DNA of 64,000 nt from Tubulanus polymorphus (Eukaryota > Animalia > Nemertea): assembly GCF_964204645.1 (NCBI RefSeq), contig NC_134029.1, positions 8,706,850 through 8,770,849 on the forward strand. Reading direction: 5' to 3'. The position numbers were made by a program, and so were the translations under genes. A model generated the notes under the pieces. That model saw only the letters and a list, made by a program, of their open reading frames with translations, was not told where the DNA came from and did not search any database. Positions 12,668 through 25,400 of this stretch are shown here, in pieces (positions within the stretch are counted from its first letter, which is position 1; every line of letters starts with the position of its first letter).

Positions 12668-13506
12668 AAACACCGGAGTCAAATGTAACTCAGAACTACT
12701 TCTCCTGTTATTAATAATAACGATGACCATCCTCTTCTTTACTATGAGATCTTTACTTTGCCAGTCTCTTTGTATTCGTCTATCTCTAGATTAGTTAATT
12801 CTGTCATAGTTTTTCTATTGAAAAATATTACAATCTTTGATTTTACATTCTTGTTATTGGGTTTCAGTCTACATACGCCTTCATTTTTTTCAAAACCTCA
12901 GCTTTATACTACATATCTTTAATCTCTGTACAATTTATTTGTTCTGAAATAAACGATAATAATTATGATAATATAGTAGTAACAATGATAACAATGTTAA
13001 TATTCTGGTGGATTCACCAGTCGGACGGCTTTTAATAGGGAAACGTTTTATACATACGTCAATTTTCCATGATATATTATATAATGTGATATGGGGTATT
13101 GATAGAAAGGATTTTCGTACATTTTGTAGAAGCGCCTGAAACCTCAAGCAGACACGTAAGAATAATCGCCTCAATATATCCACGAGTCAAATGAAGCAGT
13201 AAGAACTTAAGCGGAAAGATCTTAAAACATGGCTTTAATTTTACGCATAATAGTTTACAACAACTGATTCAACAATTTGTTCAACCCAACTTTCTGTCAA
13301 CCACGCGATCATAACATCAGACAAAGAAATGAACCGCGTATGGATCAACATTGAAAAGTACATTAAGCAACAGCTTCAACATTAAGCAACAACTACTATC
13401 AACTCACTGAAATCTAAGTTTAAAAAGCTGACCTTAGAAAATTATCAATCATAAAACCGTTTTCCTTTTGATTGTAAAAATGTTAGCAATTTGATATATA
13501 TTATGA

Positions 13507-13798
13507 CAGGCCTGTGCCAAGCTTTTTTGAAGGGCAGTTCCATTTCGAGAAAAAGGGTACCTTTTCACCGTAAAAAGGGGCACTTTGTGATTGTAAAAGG
13601 GCAGATCTTAAACATGTAGTGCCCGGGTACCCTAATAAATCATTTGAGGATGGATTACTTTTCATTTTCCGATAAAAACCTGAAAATATTGTTTCCAAAT
13701 TTCGAAAAATCTTGACCCAAATTTTTTGACACTGACTTTTTGAAGGAAGCTTTGAAAATTTAAGGGTGTTCGTTCGCTACCCTCGAACCACGGGCCTG
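13507..13798. mobile_element. MITE, short TIR, 5-bp TSD (TATGA)
   Basis: TIRs CAGGCCTGTG / CACGGGCCTG; TATGA at 13502-13506 and 13799-13803. A related inverted fragment lies at ~51290-51327. Confidence 0.8.
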
Positions 13799-14032
13799 TA
13801 TGACATCCATCCGCCTTTTCATTAATCTAAGTAACTGGTTGTATGACTGCGCATGCATTTAAACAAGTATTCTCTTTTCTAGACGTGAGGGGGTAAGACG
13901 TAAGGAAAGTGTACCCATAAAATGACGCCATTTATTTATTTTTTTTACTCATTACACGATTACGCGATTACGGTAAGTCAAACTTGTAGAGAACTATCCA
14001 CAGACGAATATATACAGACGATGCTTAGGTTC

Positions 14033-17000
14033 CTAAATACTCGAATAATTCCGAACGTGTATGAAATGGACATTTTGATGTTTTGAATGATCATCCAGCT
14101 CGGGGTTTTTTTTACTTTGAATCGTCGATTGATTTTCTGTGGACGTTTCTATACTCGAATAACACCGTACATTTCTGCCATCAATTTGATTTATTGAACT
14201 ATCAGCGAATTCCTTAATGTCCTCTGTTTTCATATGCTCTTTATCTACTGCCGATTCCTCAATACTTGAAAAATCTCTAACGCGTATGACGTTAATGTGA
14301 TTGTTTGTCGGATGTCCTCCAGTTCCATGTTCCACCCCGGTATCGAACGTCTGCTGTTGTCGATTTTCTGCGGGCTGTTGTACACCTTTGATCAGATTCG
14401 GGAAAAATCGGCCCAGGTGCAGGAACTTCACGTAGCCGACGCGGAATTGGCGGTTCGTGGCTCCGTATATGATACAATTCAAACTAGAATTGGAATGAGC
14501 CAGCAAAATGCTGAAAATATGTATCTCCCGTCGCCACGTGTCGTACCGATCTGCCGATACGATAACCGCGTACGGCATCCAGCACGTCACAAATACGATG
14601 AATATCACGAACAAAGTTCTGGCCAGACGTATCGATTCGTTTCTCTCTTTCGGGCTCATTTCCGCTTCGCCGCTGGTCGCCCGTATTTTTGCCTTGCTGC
14701 GCGTGACGTGGATATAGATTTTAATGTAACAGATCGAGATGGTGAACACGGGTAGAGCCACTCCTAAACACGAGAACATCAACGTGTACGAGAAGTTGGC
14801 CGTTCGATCCCAGACGCAGCTTAACGTCTTGCGGTCGTAAACGTGGTCTCCCCAGCCGACGAAACACGGGAATTCTAACAGAAAACATACCACCCATAGT
14901 ATCGCGCACATCAGTTTACCGTTGCGCGGAGTGTAAATGTTGTCGTACCTGAAAAAAGAGATCAAAAATTGGCAATTGAATTGACTATGTCGAAAAATTC
15001 AAAACCATGAGAATGTTTCGGCAAACAAAATATAAAAGAACTATCTTTTCAAGTTCATAGAATAAAACTCCACGAATTTAAATCAAATACAACTTTAGTG
15101 ACCCCATAATGCAGAGATTTACATTCTAGGGATGAGCACAATAAAGATAAAACAGACATTCAGAACAAAGATTAATGGTTACATTCGTAATAAAATCATG
15201 TACAATCAATAGAGTCCTCTAGATGAAAGCATGAATCGCAGTTGATGTAGCATTTTATATCACCAAGCCTTATCATGGCGCCTTATTATTGGGCAAAAAA
15301 CAAAACTTAGGATCGCAGGGGCGGATATAGGGGGAGCACAGGGTGCCTGGTACCATTTTAAGCTAAGATAACAATATTGTATGGTAATTTCGTTTTCTAA
15401 TCACTCTAGACACTCAGAAAATGTTTCGTTTTTCAAATTCTCTTGAGGGAGGTCCCCGAACCATCTTAAAGCTTCGAGCTCGTGGCGCTCGCAGTCATGT
15501 ATGGTGTTCTGTTATGATTAGATAGTGACGCCATCGAGAAATTATGTAAATGAATTTAGAAGATTTGAGAGGCGAGACCACGAGGACTTCTGCCAACGAA
15601 TAACATACAATATTGTATGGTTATTTCGTTTTCTAATCACTCTAGACACTCAGAAAATGTTTCGTTTTTCAAATTCTCTTGAGGGAGGTCCCCGAACCAT
15701 CTTAAAGCTTCGAGCTCGTGGCGCTCGCAGTCATGTATGGTGTTCTGTTATGATTAGATAGTGACGCCATCGAGAAATTATGTAATGAATTTAGAAGATT
15801 TGAGAGGCGAGACCACGAGGACTTCTGCCAACGAATAACATACAATAAAGAGGCGTGTCATTTGAGAGAATTGATTTGTTCTTTTCGCTATTCGGATCGT
15901 GGATTAGGAAGAACAGAATGAATCCCGAAGAACGACTGTACAACAGTACTGTACATATACGTACAACTTAGCCTATAGTGTACCCCCCACGATTCTAAAT
16001 TCCTGGATCGCCCTCTGCATTCCGCATACGCATTGTGGCGATTGACAAACTTCTTGGAACTGATGGAGATGTAAGCTCGGTGATAGATGGTGCTAGTGCA
16101 TGGTCCCCAATATTCCATCGCGTTCGGTTTGTAAATTCGAAAAGTCGACTTTGAATCAAGAAATTTCGAATTTCTAAACTCGAAAAATATATTCTACGTG
16201 GCCTTAATGCTCTTCCATATTTTACCGATAATCTATATTATATTCGATGTTCTTAATAGATTTGAAAATCTGAATAAAAAATGGCACGATGCTTCGGTCT
16301 CACGATAAACATAATCGTAAGGCGTAGGGGTCGAGGCGTCAATATTACTAAAAGTGAGAAAGCATGGATAAAATGAGAAAGCATGGAGAAGCTTTTAACC
16401 CTTGGTCTTCTACATCATTAGTCAGAAATATAGAAAAGAGCTTTCCGTGTGTTTCACCGCGATACAATAACGTTAGATGTGTTTTAAGGCGTCTTGTTCA
16501 GGCGTTGTATGCGCAACTTACCTGTGATTGTGACAAATATGGATGTATCTATTGAAGCTGATCGCACCGATACTCAGAAGGGAACAAAAACAACTCGTTA
16601 AACACAGCGAGGCGATGAATTCACAAAGCCACGGTTTGTCGTAGAAGAAGAACTCGCCTTGGAGGATTCCTTGAATAGAAACGAAAGAAGCAGTTTCTTT
16701 GAATGCCGCGGAGACTTGAAAAAGAAACGTTGCACATACGATGCTCAGAAGACTATAACTGAATTTTAGCGAAAACATAGGGCACAATATCAAAATTGCT
16801 TTTCCGTGATTTCATCTTTGGTTTAAAACCAAATTGTCTTAGAAAAGACATCGCTTTTTTGTCTAGGTTTTGTGAGGGAGATAATTTTCTCCCCAGGAGA
16901 ATTTGTGCGAAAAAAGGAATGCTTAAGTGACAGAAGATTGCATGAGAACGTGCAGACCATTAAAATGGTTTTGTTCTAAAGAGAAAACTGGATTACAAGT

Positions 17001-17999
17001 CTTAAAGGGTTTAGAAAAGAAATGTGAAATGAACGAATATAAATATTATCACTTACCAATTGTACTGAACGGGTCAACAAAACCAGATACGCAAGAATCT
17101 GCAAACGCCAGGTTCAAGATGAAATAGTTACCGACGGTTTTTAGTGCCTAAGATGAGTAAAGAGAAATTAATGAATAAAACAGAAAAAGCCCTCGGGAGA
17201 GATCAACATAAAATGAAATCGTTGGCACAGGATGATTCGAAGCAAATCAAAGGGTTGAATTTATGAATAGATCTTGAGAACGAGACGTTCGTAAAATGTC
17301 ACCGAAATCATTCTGAATAGAGATTAATTCTGGAGACAGTGAGGTTGACTGAAGGTGAAGTTAAATGAAGTCATATGATCAACTTATAATGTTGGAGGGA
17401 TTTGAATATATCTAATCCTGGATAGATATATCTACGTTGCTGTAGTTAAGGAATTGTAATAAAACGTTAAAGGATATACGTATGATAATATGACGTCAGT
17501 GCGTATACGCAGAAACGTATGTAAGCACTTTCACAAATAAGATGCAGCTCATCCCATTTTCTGTCGAAGTGAAGTTTCTCAAAAGTCTAATTGCAGATAA
17601 TTAGCACAAACCAATTCGAATTGAAAGGAGCTACATGTAGGATAGCGTAGTACGTAAAAAGTATGTAGAAATACTCTCATAAATGCAGCTCATCCCCGGT
17701 AACATTGGAAAAGCTTCTTTTCTGTCGAAATGATGTTTTTCAAATATCTTTAATGCGATTAAACGAAATGAGCTATATATCTATGATTATCGTCGTCTTG
17801 TTACCTTATTTGAAAGGACGCCACCTATGACCAGAATGTTGCCGAGAGTACCGCCGATGCTGGCTGCGATGATGACGACGATGTACGGAACAGCTATGTG
17901 AGGATAATCTTTGACGAAGTCCGAAGTTATCAATTCGGTGTCGTTGGTTACCGGGTGGAAAACGGACGGCAATTCGGCGTAGCGCATCATCAGCTCCAT
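14033..17999 (-). CDS. Melatonin-receptor-like rhodopsin-family GPCR, ~449 aa
   Basis: Exons 17999-17805, 17147-17057, 16669-16522, 14948-14033 join in frame (phases 0,1,2). Motifs: GTLGNILVI (TM1), GNYFILNLAFAD (TM2), NRYIHICH (NRY in place of DRY), YDRKTLSC (ECL2), CWMPY (TM6), AHSNSSLNCIIYGATNRQFR (TM7). An acceptor at 18011-18012 implies a non-coding upstream exon. Confidence 0.9.
15316..16017. mobile_element. CAGGGGCGGAT-type MITE ends enclosing a tandem duplication
   Basis: CAGGGGCGGAT at 15316 and GGATCGCCCTCTG ending at 16017. No TSD, so possibly two different elements. Confidence 0.45.
15371..15846. repeat. Near-perfect 236-bp tandem duplication
   Basis: Units start at 15371 and 15607; I see only one substitution and one 1-bp indel. 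Confidence 0.9.
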
Positions 18000-19683
18000 G
18001 TCTTTAGCGTCTGTAAACACAAGAAAAAGAATAGAAAAAATTGCCCGAAAGAAAATACCCCGAACCTTATGCGTCTTTCTTCCCTTGATTACAGTAACCG
18101 TAGCTCCCGCTCTAATTCTCTCGACAACTTCAAACGCGATTCTTTAGTCGGAAAAGTCGCCTAGTTCTTAGTCGTCTCTAACATCGAATCCGCAATTCTT
18201 TTTTTCTCAGAAACGAAGACGTCTCGTACGGCGTTAGCGTTTTCTATAAAATTTATCAGAGTATATAAAGCTAATGATCGACGCGAACGACTTCTAAAGC
18301 AGAAACCCATCTACCGCCCGGGCTTTGATGAAAGATTGTCGTAAACACATGCAATAATGGTACATGAGTTCCTGTTGTAGATATCTCAGAGAGTCACGGT
18401 CTGTCGCTACGATCATCCTGCTGATTTGTTTTCTACTGTCTGACGTAAGTTTTTGTATGTCTCAGATGAAGACGTATACTGACTGACTGGATTATCGACT
18501 TCATATGTTTGTTGAAACCCCGTATGTTGTTTGCTGCTGCATAAAATGTCAAACGAACATCATTTACATAAACGCGACTTATTCAAACGCTATAGACACA
18601 AAACGAAAGAATAAAGATGGACATTGCAGATATTAAATTACGTAGGTGGATGGACGACATTGCTGCTATCTCATTGGCGAACGTAAACAATTTAGAATCG
18701 TACTTGCATCAGTCAAAGGGCTGACTTGAAATGTTGAAGCACATTTACATGACACGGACCTTCATCATGCATCGTTTGAAGTGTAATAATCTTCTTCGTC
18801 AGCGTAATCGTGCCATCGTAATGTAATTAGTTGTTCCCATTTACAAGACGAGAAATGGATCTCATCCACGTATCGAATACAGAGCTATAATTATATGATA
18901 GTGATGGAGGCTGGCTACATTTTATATTCGATCGGTATCGATTGAAGTTTACGAACGCAATTTTTGGCTATTTTTAACAACAACCCGTTTGTCTTCGAGT
19001 GTGCAACTGCATTATTTACCGACCTCCCCCGATTCGATTCAGATTGTGCACGATATAGACGCGATCAAAATAAAGTCAATGGGATATAAATGTATAATAC
19101 ACGTCGATATTTTTCTTTAAAGAAAGTCAACAGCAATTTATCATTTTGCCAGCGGTGAATTCAAATTATTGACCCTTTCCGACGATATTTCGCGGCTCTT
19201 GGAACTTGATAACAGCGTAAGAACAATCGATACAAATACGGGAAAGGGCTCTATTTACAATCTATAACAATTTCATCAATATGTTATATGAATAACGTTA
19301 AGTGAATAATCAAATATTATGTTAAATCTTTATATGTGAAAAATAAGGTCATTATTCATTTTAAAGTAAACGGTAAGAAATTATTTGACTAATAAGCTAC
19401 TTTCAAAACGTGGTTCTTAAGTATAACCAGTACTTGATACATCATAAACTGTGATCATGTCGGATTTATGGGTTGCGTGGTTATCTGATGATAAATCCGT
19501 TAAAATATTCAAATTCTCATACAAAACTGGTGGTTCATTTCATGATTGTGGTTTTAAAACGAACAATTGAAAGTATTTTATCTGATTCATTACCAATAGT
19601 TTCAGGTTTAGGTTTTTAGTTTAGGGCCATATTTGACTCGGGCCTGATTTGTGTGATCGCGGCTCCAAAATGATCTCCAAAGT

Positions 19684-19791
19684 GATCCAGTTCCACAATC
19701 GTGAGTTAGTGTTAAATCTGAATTAAAATCAGTTCATCTCCAAAGAGTTTAATTCGAGTCAAATCTTAATTCACAACTGTGGAACTGGGTC
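19684..19791. mobile_element. Short MITE (PIF/Harbinger-like)
   Basis: TIRs ccagttccacaatcgtgagtta / taattcacaactgtggaactgg. A second copy is nested at 19857-19947. Confidence 0.7.
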
Positions 19792-19820
19792 CAGGGTGAA
19801 ATTCCTCAAGGCGATATTCT

Positions 19821-20041
19821 GGGGCCGGTTGCTCAAAAGTTGGTTAGAGTTAACTCGAGCCAGTTCTACAATTATGAGTTAACTCATTGAAAATGAACTA
19901 ATTCTAACTCTAACTTAAGTTTAACTGACAACTGTGGAACTAGATCCGGTTGACAAAATACCATGATTACAATGCAAATTCAATTGTCACAATGGCATGT
20001 ATCCACTGGTAAGCTCTAACCAACTTTTGAGCGACTGGTCC
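19821..20041. mobile_element. PIF/Harbinger-like MITE containing a nested MITE (19857-19947)
   Basis: TIRs ggccggttgctcaaaagttggttagag / ctctaaccaacttttgagcgactggtc. Confidence 0.75.
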
Positions 20042-21561
20042 ATAGATGTAAGATACTTGTCTTTTCCCCAGTCAGTTTTAGATATTCGATACGTATTTAG
20101 AAGATGATACCATCGATTTAAGTCGAGTCTGTTTGTTTGAATTGATCTTCGGATCTATGTTTAACTCGGAAAAGTTTGTTCCAACCGAGACCACAATCTG
20201 TACGATCGACTGCATACAACATATGTATTCATCTATATGTGAACCGTTTAAATGATCTTTATGAAGAACACGATATGTTTGACCAGAATATACTTTTTCA
20301 TAGAAGATTGAGTGATTCCAAAATGTTACCATGCGGACCATATTGCGAAGTTCAACTTACCAGTTTCACCGTATGCCAGTCAATTTTGGTTCGGCTCTGC
20401 ATATGGCTTGTACTTACAAAATGTCAAAATTTCCGAAGACCCGAACCTCGCAAACAAGTTGATATTGACCATTGTATCAAAGATTTAGAAAAAGATTTAA
20501 AAATGATGAACTTTCTCGAGGAGAAACATGAGAACCTTCTTTGCATGGTATCAAAACTACGAAGGCGTCCTGGGTATATATTGATTTCTTTTTTATTTTC
20601 ATTTTCCATCAATATTTATCTGCGTGTCTAGATAATGTTTCAATTCCAACGGCTAGAGACACCTCATGTATTGTTCTTTAGTTTGATGACCATAAATAAA
20701 TAATCAAACATATTTGGATGCCTTCAAACTTCTTCAGATTTCTTCGTGTTTGTCCCAATTTTCTGGACAGGTAAAAAACTCATTCAGCGAACGAACGCAA
20801 TTGAAATTCTAGAACATCCAGATATGCGGATTTTTGACGCCGTAAAAACCACAACAATGATATTTGTATAGATTGAAAATAAATTGAAGGTTTTCGTGAG
20901 GGCATTTTTTGAGGGGATCTGTGTTAGTCGATGTGCACTACGTCATCAAAATTGGCGTTACTACAATCACAATTGTGAATGTTTGTGTTTATTTTGCAAT
21001 TAATTGTATTCTTTTTTTCTAAATTCTTATTTCATGTTTGATGCATTTTGACAATCATCTTCGAGAGGATGTGCACTACGTCATCAATATATCGGGACTG
21101 GACTGATCGTCGGTCAATTCAATTCAATTATCGATTATATATTCAAGTTAAAAACAACTTTATTGATCCTCAATGATCTATAATTGATTTCATATAATAT
21201 CATTCATTATCGACAATATCAAGAAGTTATCTATTTTTCAAGGCGTCAATAAACTTTCTGGTTAGTATTCTTGTTAATGTACATACGGAAGTACAGGTTT
21301 TTCCAATAATGTTCTATGTCTTATCACCGACTTTGAAATCAACTAATAATCAATGTGTTTATAAATTTACTAATCAACGAGTTAAATCATTTGAACGATA
21401 AAGGGAGTCTCTAACTTTTTCCAAACTACGCGAAACCTAACGATACAAATGAGACACAAAGATGTGGATGAAGGCTATGGCTTTCCCGAGCGGTTTCCAG
21501 CTATAGCTTTCCCTGCTAAATCGAACCAATCTAAACCGCAGGGTCGAACGATCCTTAAGAA

Positions 21562-21625
21562 ATGATGATGATGTTGGTGATGATGGGGATGCTGAGGATG
21601 ATGAGGATGATGATGCTGATGATAG
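21562..21625. repeat. Degenerate (GAT)n repeat
   Basis: gatgatgatgttggtgatgat... Confidence 0.7.
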
Positions 21626-22139
21626 TGACACAGGTGTATCATGCGATGAAATGACGAACTTACTTGATGTTAGTGGCGAAGAAGATCAGCTCGCTACTGT
21701 GGAGTGATATCTATGTATCTCTTGTTTCACTGGCGGGTATACAAACCCATTTAGTGATGTCATTTTGTCTGATCTTTACTGGAATAATTGCGTACACCTC
21801 ATTATCACGATGCGATCCTGTATAAATGCGGGAGTGGTGGCGGCTTTAATCACGCTGTTGCTGTACACATAAGTATATACGTATTACAAAACCATGGACG
21901 TGTGACTAGTTTATATTTTCTGCAACGCTCGGACTTGTTTCAATTACTCCCGCCTTCCTAATTTAATGAAGCCATGCGTTATGTCATTCAACCTTTAAAG
22001 TTTACCGCCCTTCATAATCCTTCTATCTCCACTTCTATCTCTGTTTTGCTGCGTGATCTCGACGGAAACAGGGGATCTTGAGAGTGATTCTCTTTAGTCA
22101 AGGATCCGGTATCCAAGTGCCAGGTCATCCGAGCTTCCG

Positions 22140-22196
22140 ATAATGGTAATGTTGATAATAATAATAATAGTAATAATAATAATAATAATAATAATG

Positions 22197-22227
<31 letters not shown>

Positions 22228-22412
22228 TAATAATAGTGATAATAATAATGATGGTGATGGTGACGGTAACGGTAACGGTAACGATAACGATAACGATAAC
22301 GATAACGATAACGATAACGACAACGACACCGACAACGATAACGATAACTGTAACAATAATAATAATAACAATAGTAATAAAAATAATGATAATAACAATA
22401 GTAATAGAATAA
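22140..22412. repeat. Compound microsatellite (ATA)n-(ACGGTA/ACGATA)n-(ATA)n
   Basis: Seen directly; explains the poly-L, poly-Y and poly-I ORFs. Confidence 0.95.
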
Positions 22413-25400
22413 TCCCACGACTTGGTTTCCCAGAGCCGAACGCTCTAACCACTCCATTCTCTTACCCGTTTCCTTCACTCACACGTAACCCTTATCACGC
22501 ATTAGTCTGACATACTAATGGCAAGACTTTTTAGATATATGTCAGTAAACTTATGATCAGGCATGAATAGTAGTTTTAAGGAGTATTTTAAAAGATAAGC
22601 TGCTGACGAGATTGATCAGATATGAAATGATATTTACGTATTTACAATTTTCATCACAGACTTTTCACTATCGTTCGCCAGACCAGGAACTCTTTCGTCG
22701 ATTTTTGGTTTTTCTTTTTGTTCTGAACGTAGATAAAGTTATACGTACTCTCCGTATTTTCTGGAGAACGGCATTTGAAAATCTGGTATACGATTTTCTT
22801 TTTGTTATTATTGAATTATAGATAGCCAACTTTTGTGCGTTCGTCGGGCTGGCGCAAAAGCTAAAAAATAATTCAAACAGGAACATAATCGTTTGACGAT
22901 GATTAGGCCTCCCATAAAACGGCACCAAATTGACGAATTATCAGCGGTTGAAATCTTGAAATGTCTGGTGTACTAATGAAAAGAATCGTCCTTGATCGCG
23001 TGATTTTCTCCGATATATGGACAGCACGTTCGGTGAGAAAACGTGCCTGAAAGAGAAATATTGTTTATCTCGCTTTTCGTCGTTCGGATCGTGGCTTCCA
23101 TAGACTACCATAGACTCTTTAGCCTTTATGGACTGTCAATTCAATCTCACGATTAGACGACACAGCCTTTGAAGTGTTGCCCGCACACTGATGCAAAGGC
23201 ACACTAGGTAGAATATACGCCTGGGTGTAGTCGTTACCTTCTTATCAATGAGTCTTCATGTAGTTTCAATAAGCTTAGTAGTGATAGAAAAGAATTAGCT
23301 GAAATAGATGTTTAGATATACGGCGCAATTCTACTCGATTTAAGGCACTCATTTTACGCGAATCCCAGTTGGAGGCGGAAAGTGAAACTGTCGAATAATA
23401 AATCGATTAACAAAATCTAAAGGGCGAAATTCGTGGGACCCGATAGAATAACGGAAAACTAGCTTTGACGATATAAGTGGCTGTACTTCGTGATTTATTT
23501 ACCGTGGAATAAAAACCGTAATTGCCTCAGAACCATTCAACGCGTTTCTATAGGCTTCAGACAACGGGCTATTAAAACGATTTACTATAGCGCCGTTACT
23601 AACAGCGGACCGCTGAGTCGGCCCCAATTTTCACTGTGGTGACTGAAAAGACTCGTAACATCAATTACTATTTATTCGGCTATAGATGAATTAAATAACC
23701 TTACAGGAACTCTACGTGTAGTTTATGGGAATCTTATTCGCCGGCGCATTGAGCCACCATTTCTGCCCTTGTTGACCTGTAACGCATACTCGTTTTTGCG
23801 TGAACATACCACGCGGGTCCCTGCAATTCCCGGGCGTTTTAACTGAAGTCTCATTAATATCCCGCGTTCAGAAACTGCGAGAATTTGATAGAAAGGTTAC
23901 TCGCGGTTGTTCGGAAGGAGTGACACATACTATGTGCGTAGCGAGTTATTGTTCAGACGCGATATCCATAATTTTGATCTGAAGGCTCGTATTACTGCTA
24001 ATCTCCGTGAAACTTTGCACCGTAATTAGCGACTATGTGTAAAAACGGATAATCCTGTAACATTCAGAAATACCCGCAGGCCGCCTTCATTCTCCGCTGC
24101 AGTTTCGTCTAAATTCGTCTTCATTTTCATGAAATGAAAAACGCGAGCTCGTGTATTTAGGCGGATTATCCAACGTTCACGTTGTAGGCATGATAGAAAA
24201 TTTGATACTCGTAGTTAGTGGTTATTGTCGTTGTGAGTTGTATCGGATTCCCGGTAATAAGCGAACCCATTCACTGATCAGTACACCTGGCTTGAGATAG
24301 GGTCGTTTTTTATCACAAGGTGGATTACCGATTCGATAGACTAGGAATAATTGCGGAAGGGGGGAAAGTTCTAAAAAAGAAATTTGAACATTCTTAAAAC
24401 ATTGAATTCATTACTAATAAAGTGAAATTTGAAAAAAGAAATAATAGAATGCTTTATTTTGGAGGTCTTTTAGGATAATGATACCCGATTATTGCCTTTT
24501 CATTGCTAACACACACATGGTTGACGCCGCCATTTTTACAAACCACGCTATTTACTGAACAGACCCGACAAATATATCCATCCATTAACACACCCATGTC
24601 CGCCGCGATGTCGTTGTGACCGATATCAATCGATAATGTGTCAGTGGAGGAAAAAATTTGAAAAATTTATAAATTTTCATATTAATTTTCCTATGCTTAA
24701 AAATGAGGTGGGAAAAATGAAAATAAATTCTTTTTTTCATGCGTCATCGCAAAAGTTCGTCGGTGGATTCGCAATCCAACATAAAGAAAAAAAACGGCCT
24801 AGGATCTAGAGTGGTTGTCTTTTTTAGATACGTTAATATTGTGTAGAGTATACCATTTGTAAGAAGTGTATTAAAAAAAGAACGGATGGTTCAGAGATCT
24901 TCAGAGGAAACAAAAATAGATGAAAACCCGTAGAGCCTGAAATCGGTGACGCACACAAGTCTTTTATATAGCTTGAGGAACAGTTGTTTACATGAAAACC
25001 AAGTTACCAAGGACACACACTACCATTTGCATCGAAGCGAAAGTTCAGTTATTTTGATATTCTAACTATTCAACGTTTGTTTCTATTGAGTAAATGTTTA
25101 TTTCGCAAAACTCGTACTATATAGCTTAGAGCAGAATGAATTGATTGGAAACCAACTGTGTGTTTTTCCGCCGAAAGTGTACTTAAAGTTCAATTAAATC
25201 CTCGATAAGTCATGAAACCGTGAAATTGTCTTCGTCAACTCTCTCTTTCAGCGCTATTAGCACTGTTGACCGTAAATAAACGAGCGACATGTTGCCAATT
25301 AGCTTCGCAAATCGACGCCGTAAAGAACGGACAGCTACGTGGAAAATGACCATTGTCGAAACCGCTTTCTAAACATACTCACAGTTATACTCGTCGCCGG

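Noticed and set aside
14297-14755. Antisense and alternative-frame ORFs over the melatonin-like receptor exon (similar ones over other exons)
   Set aside because: Shadow ORFs of GC-richer coding sequence with no recognisable protein features.
22012-22478. ORFs of poly-Leu, poly-Tyr/Arg-Tyr and poly-Ile
   Set aside because: Translations of a microsatellite.
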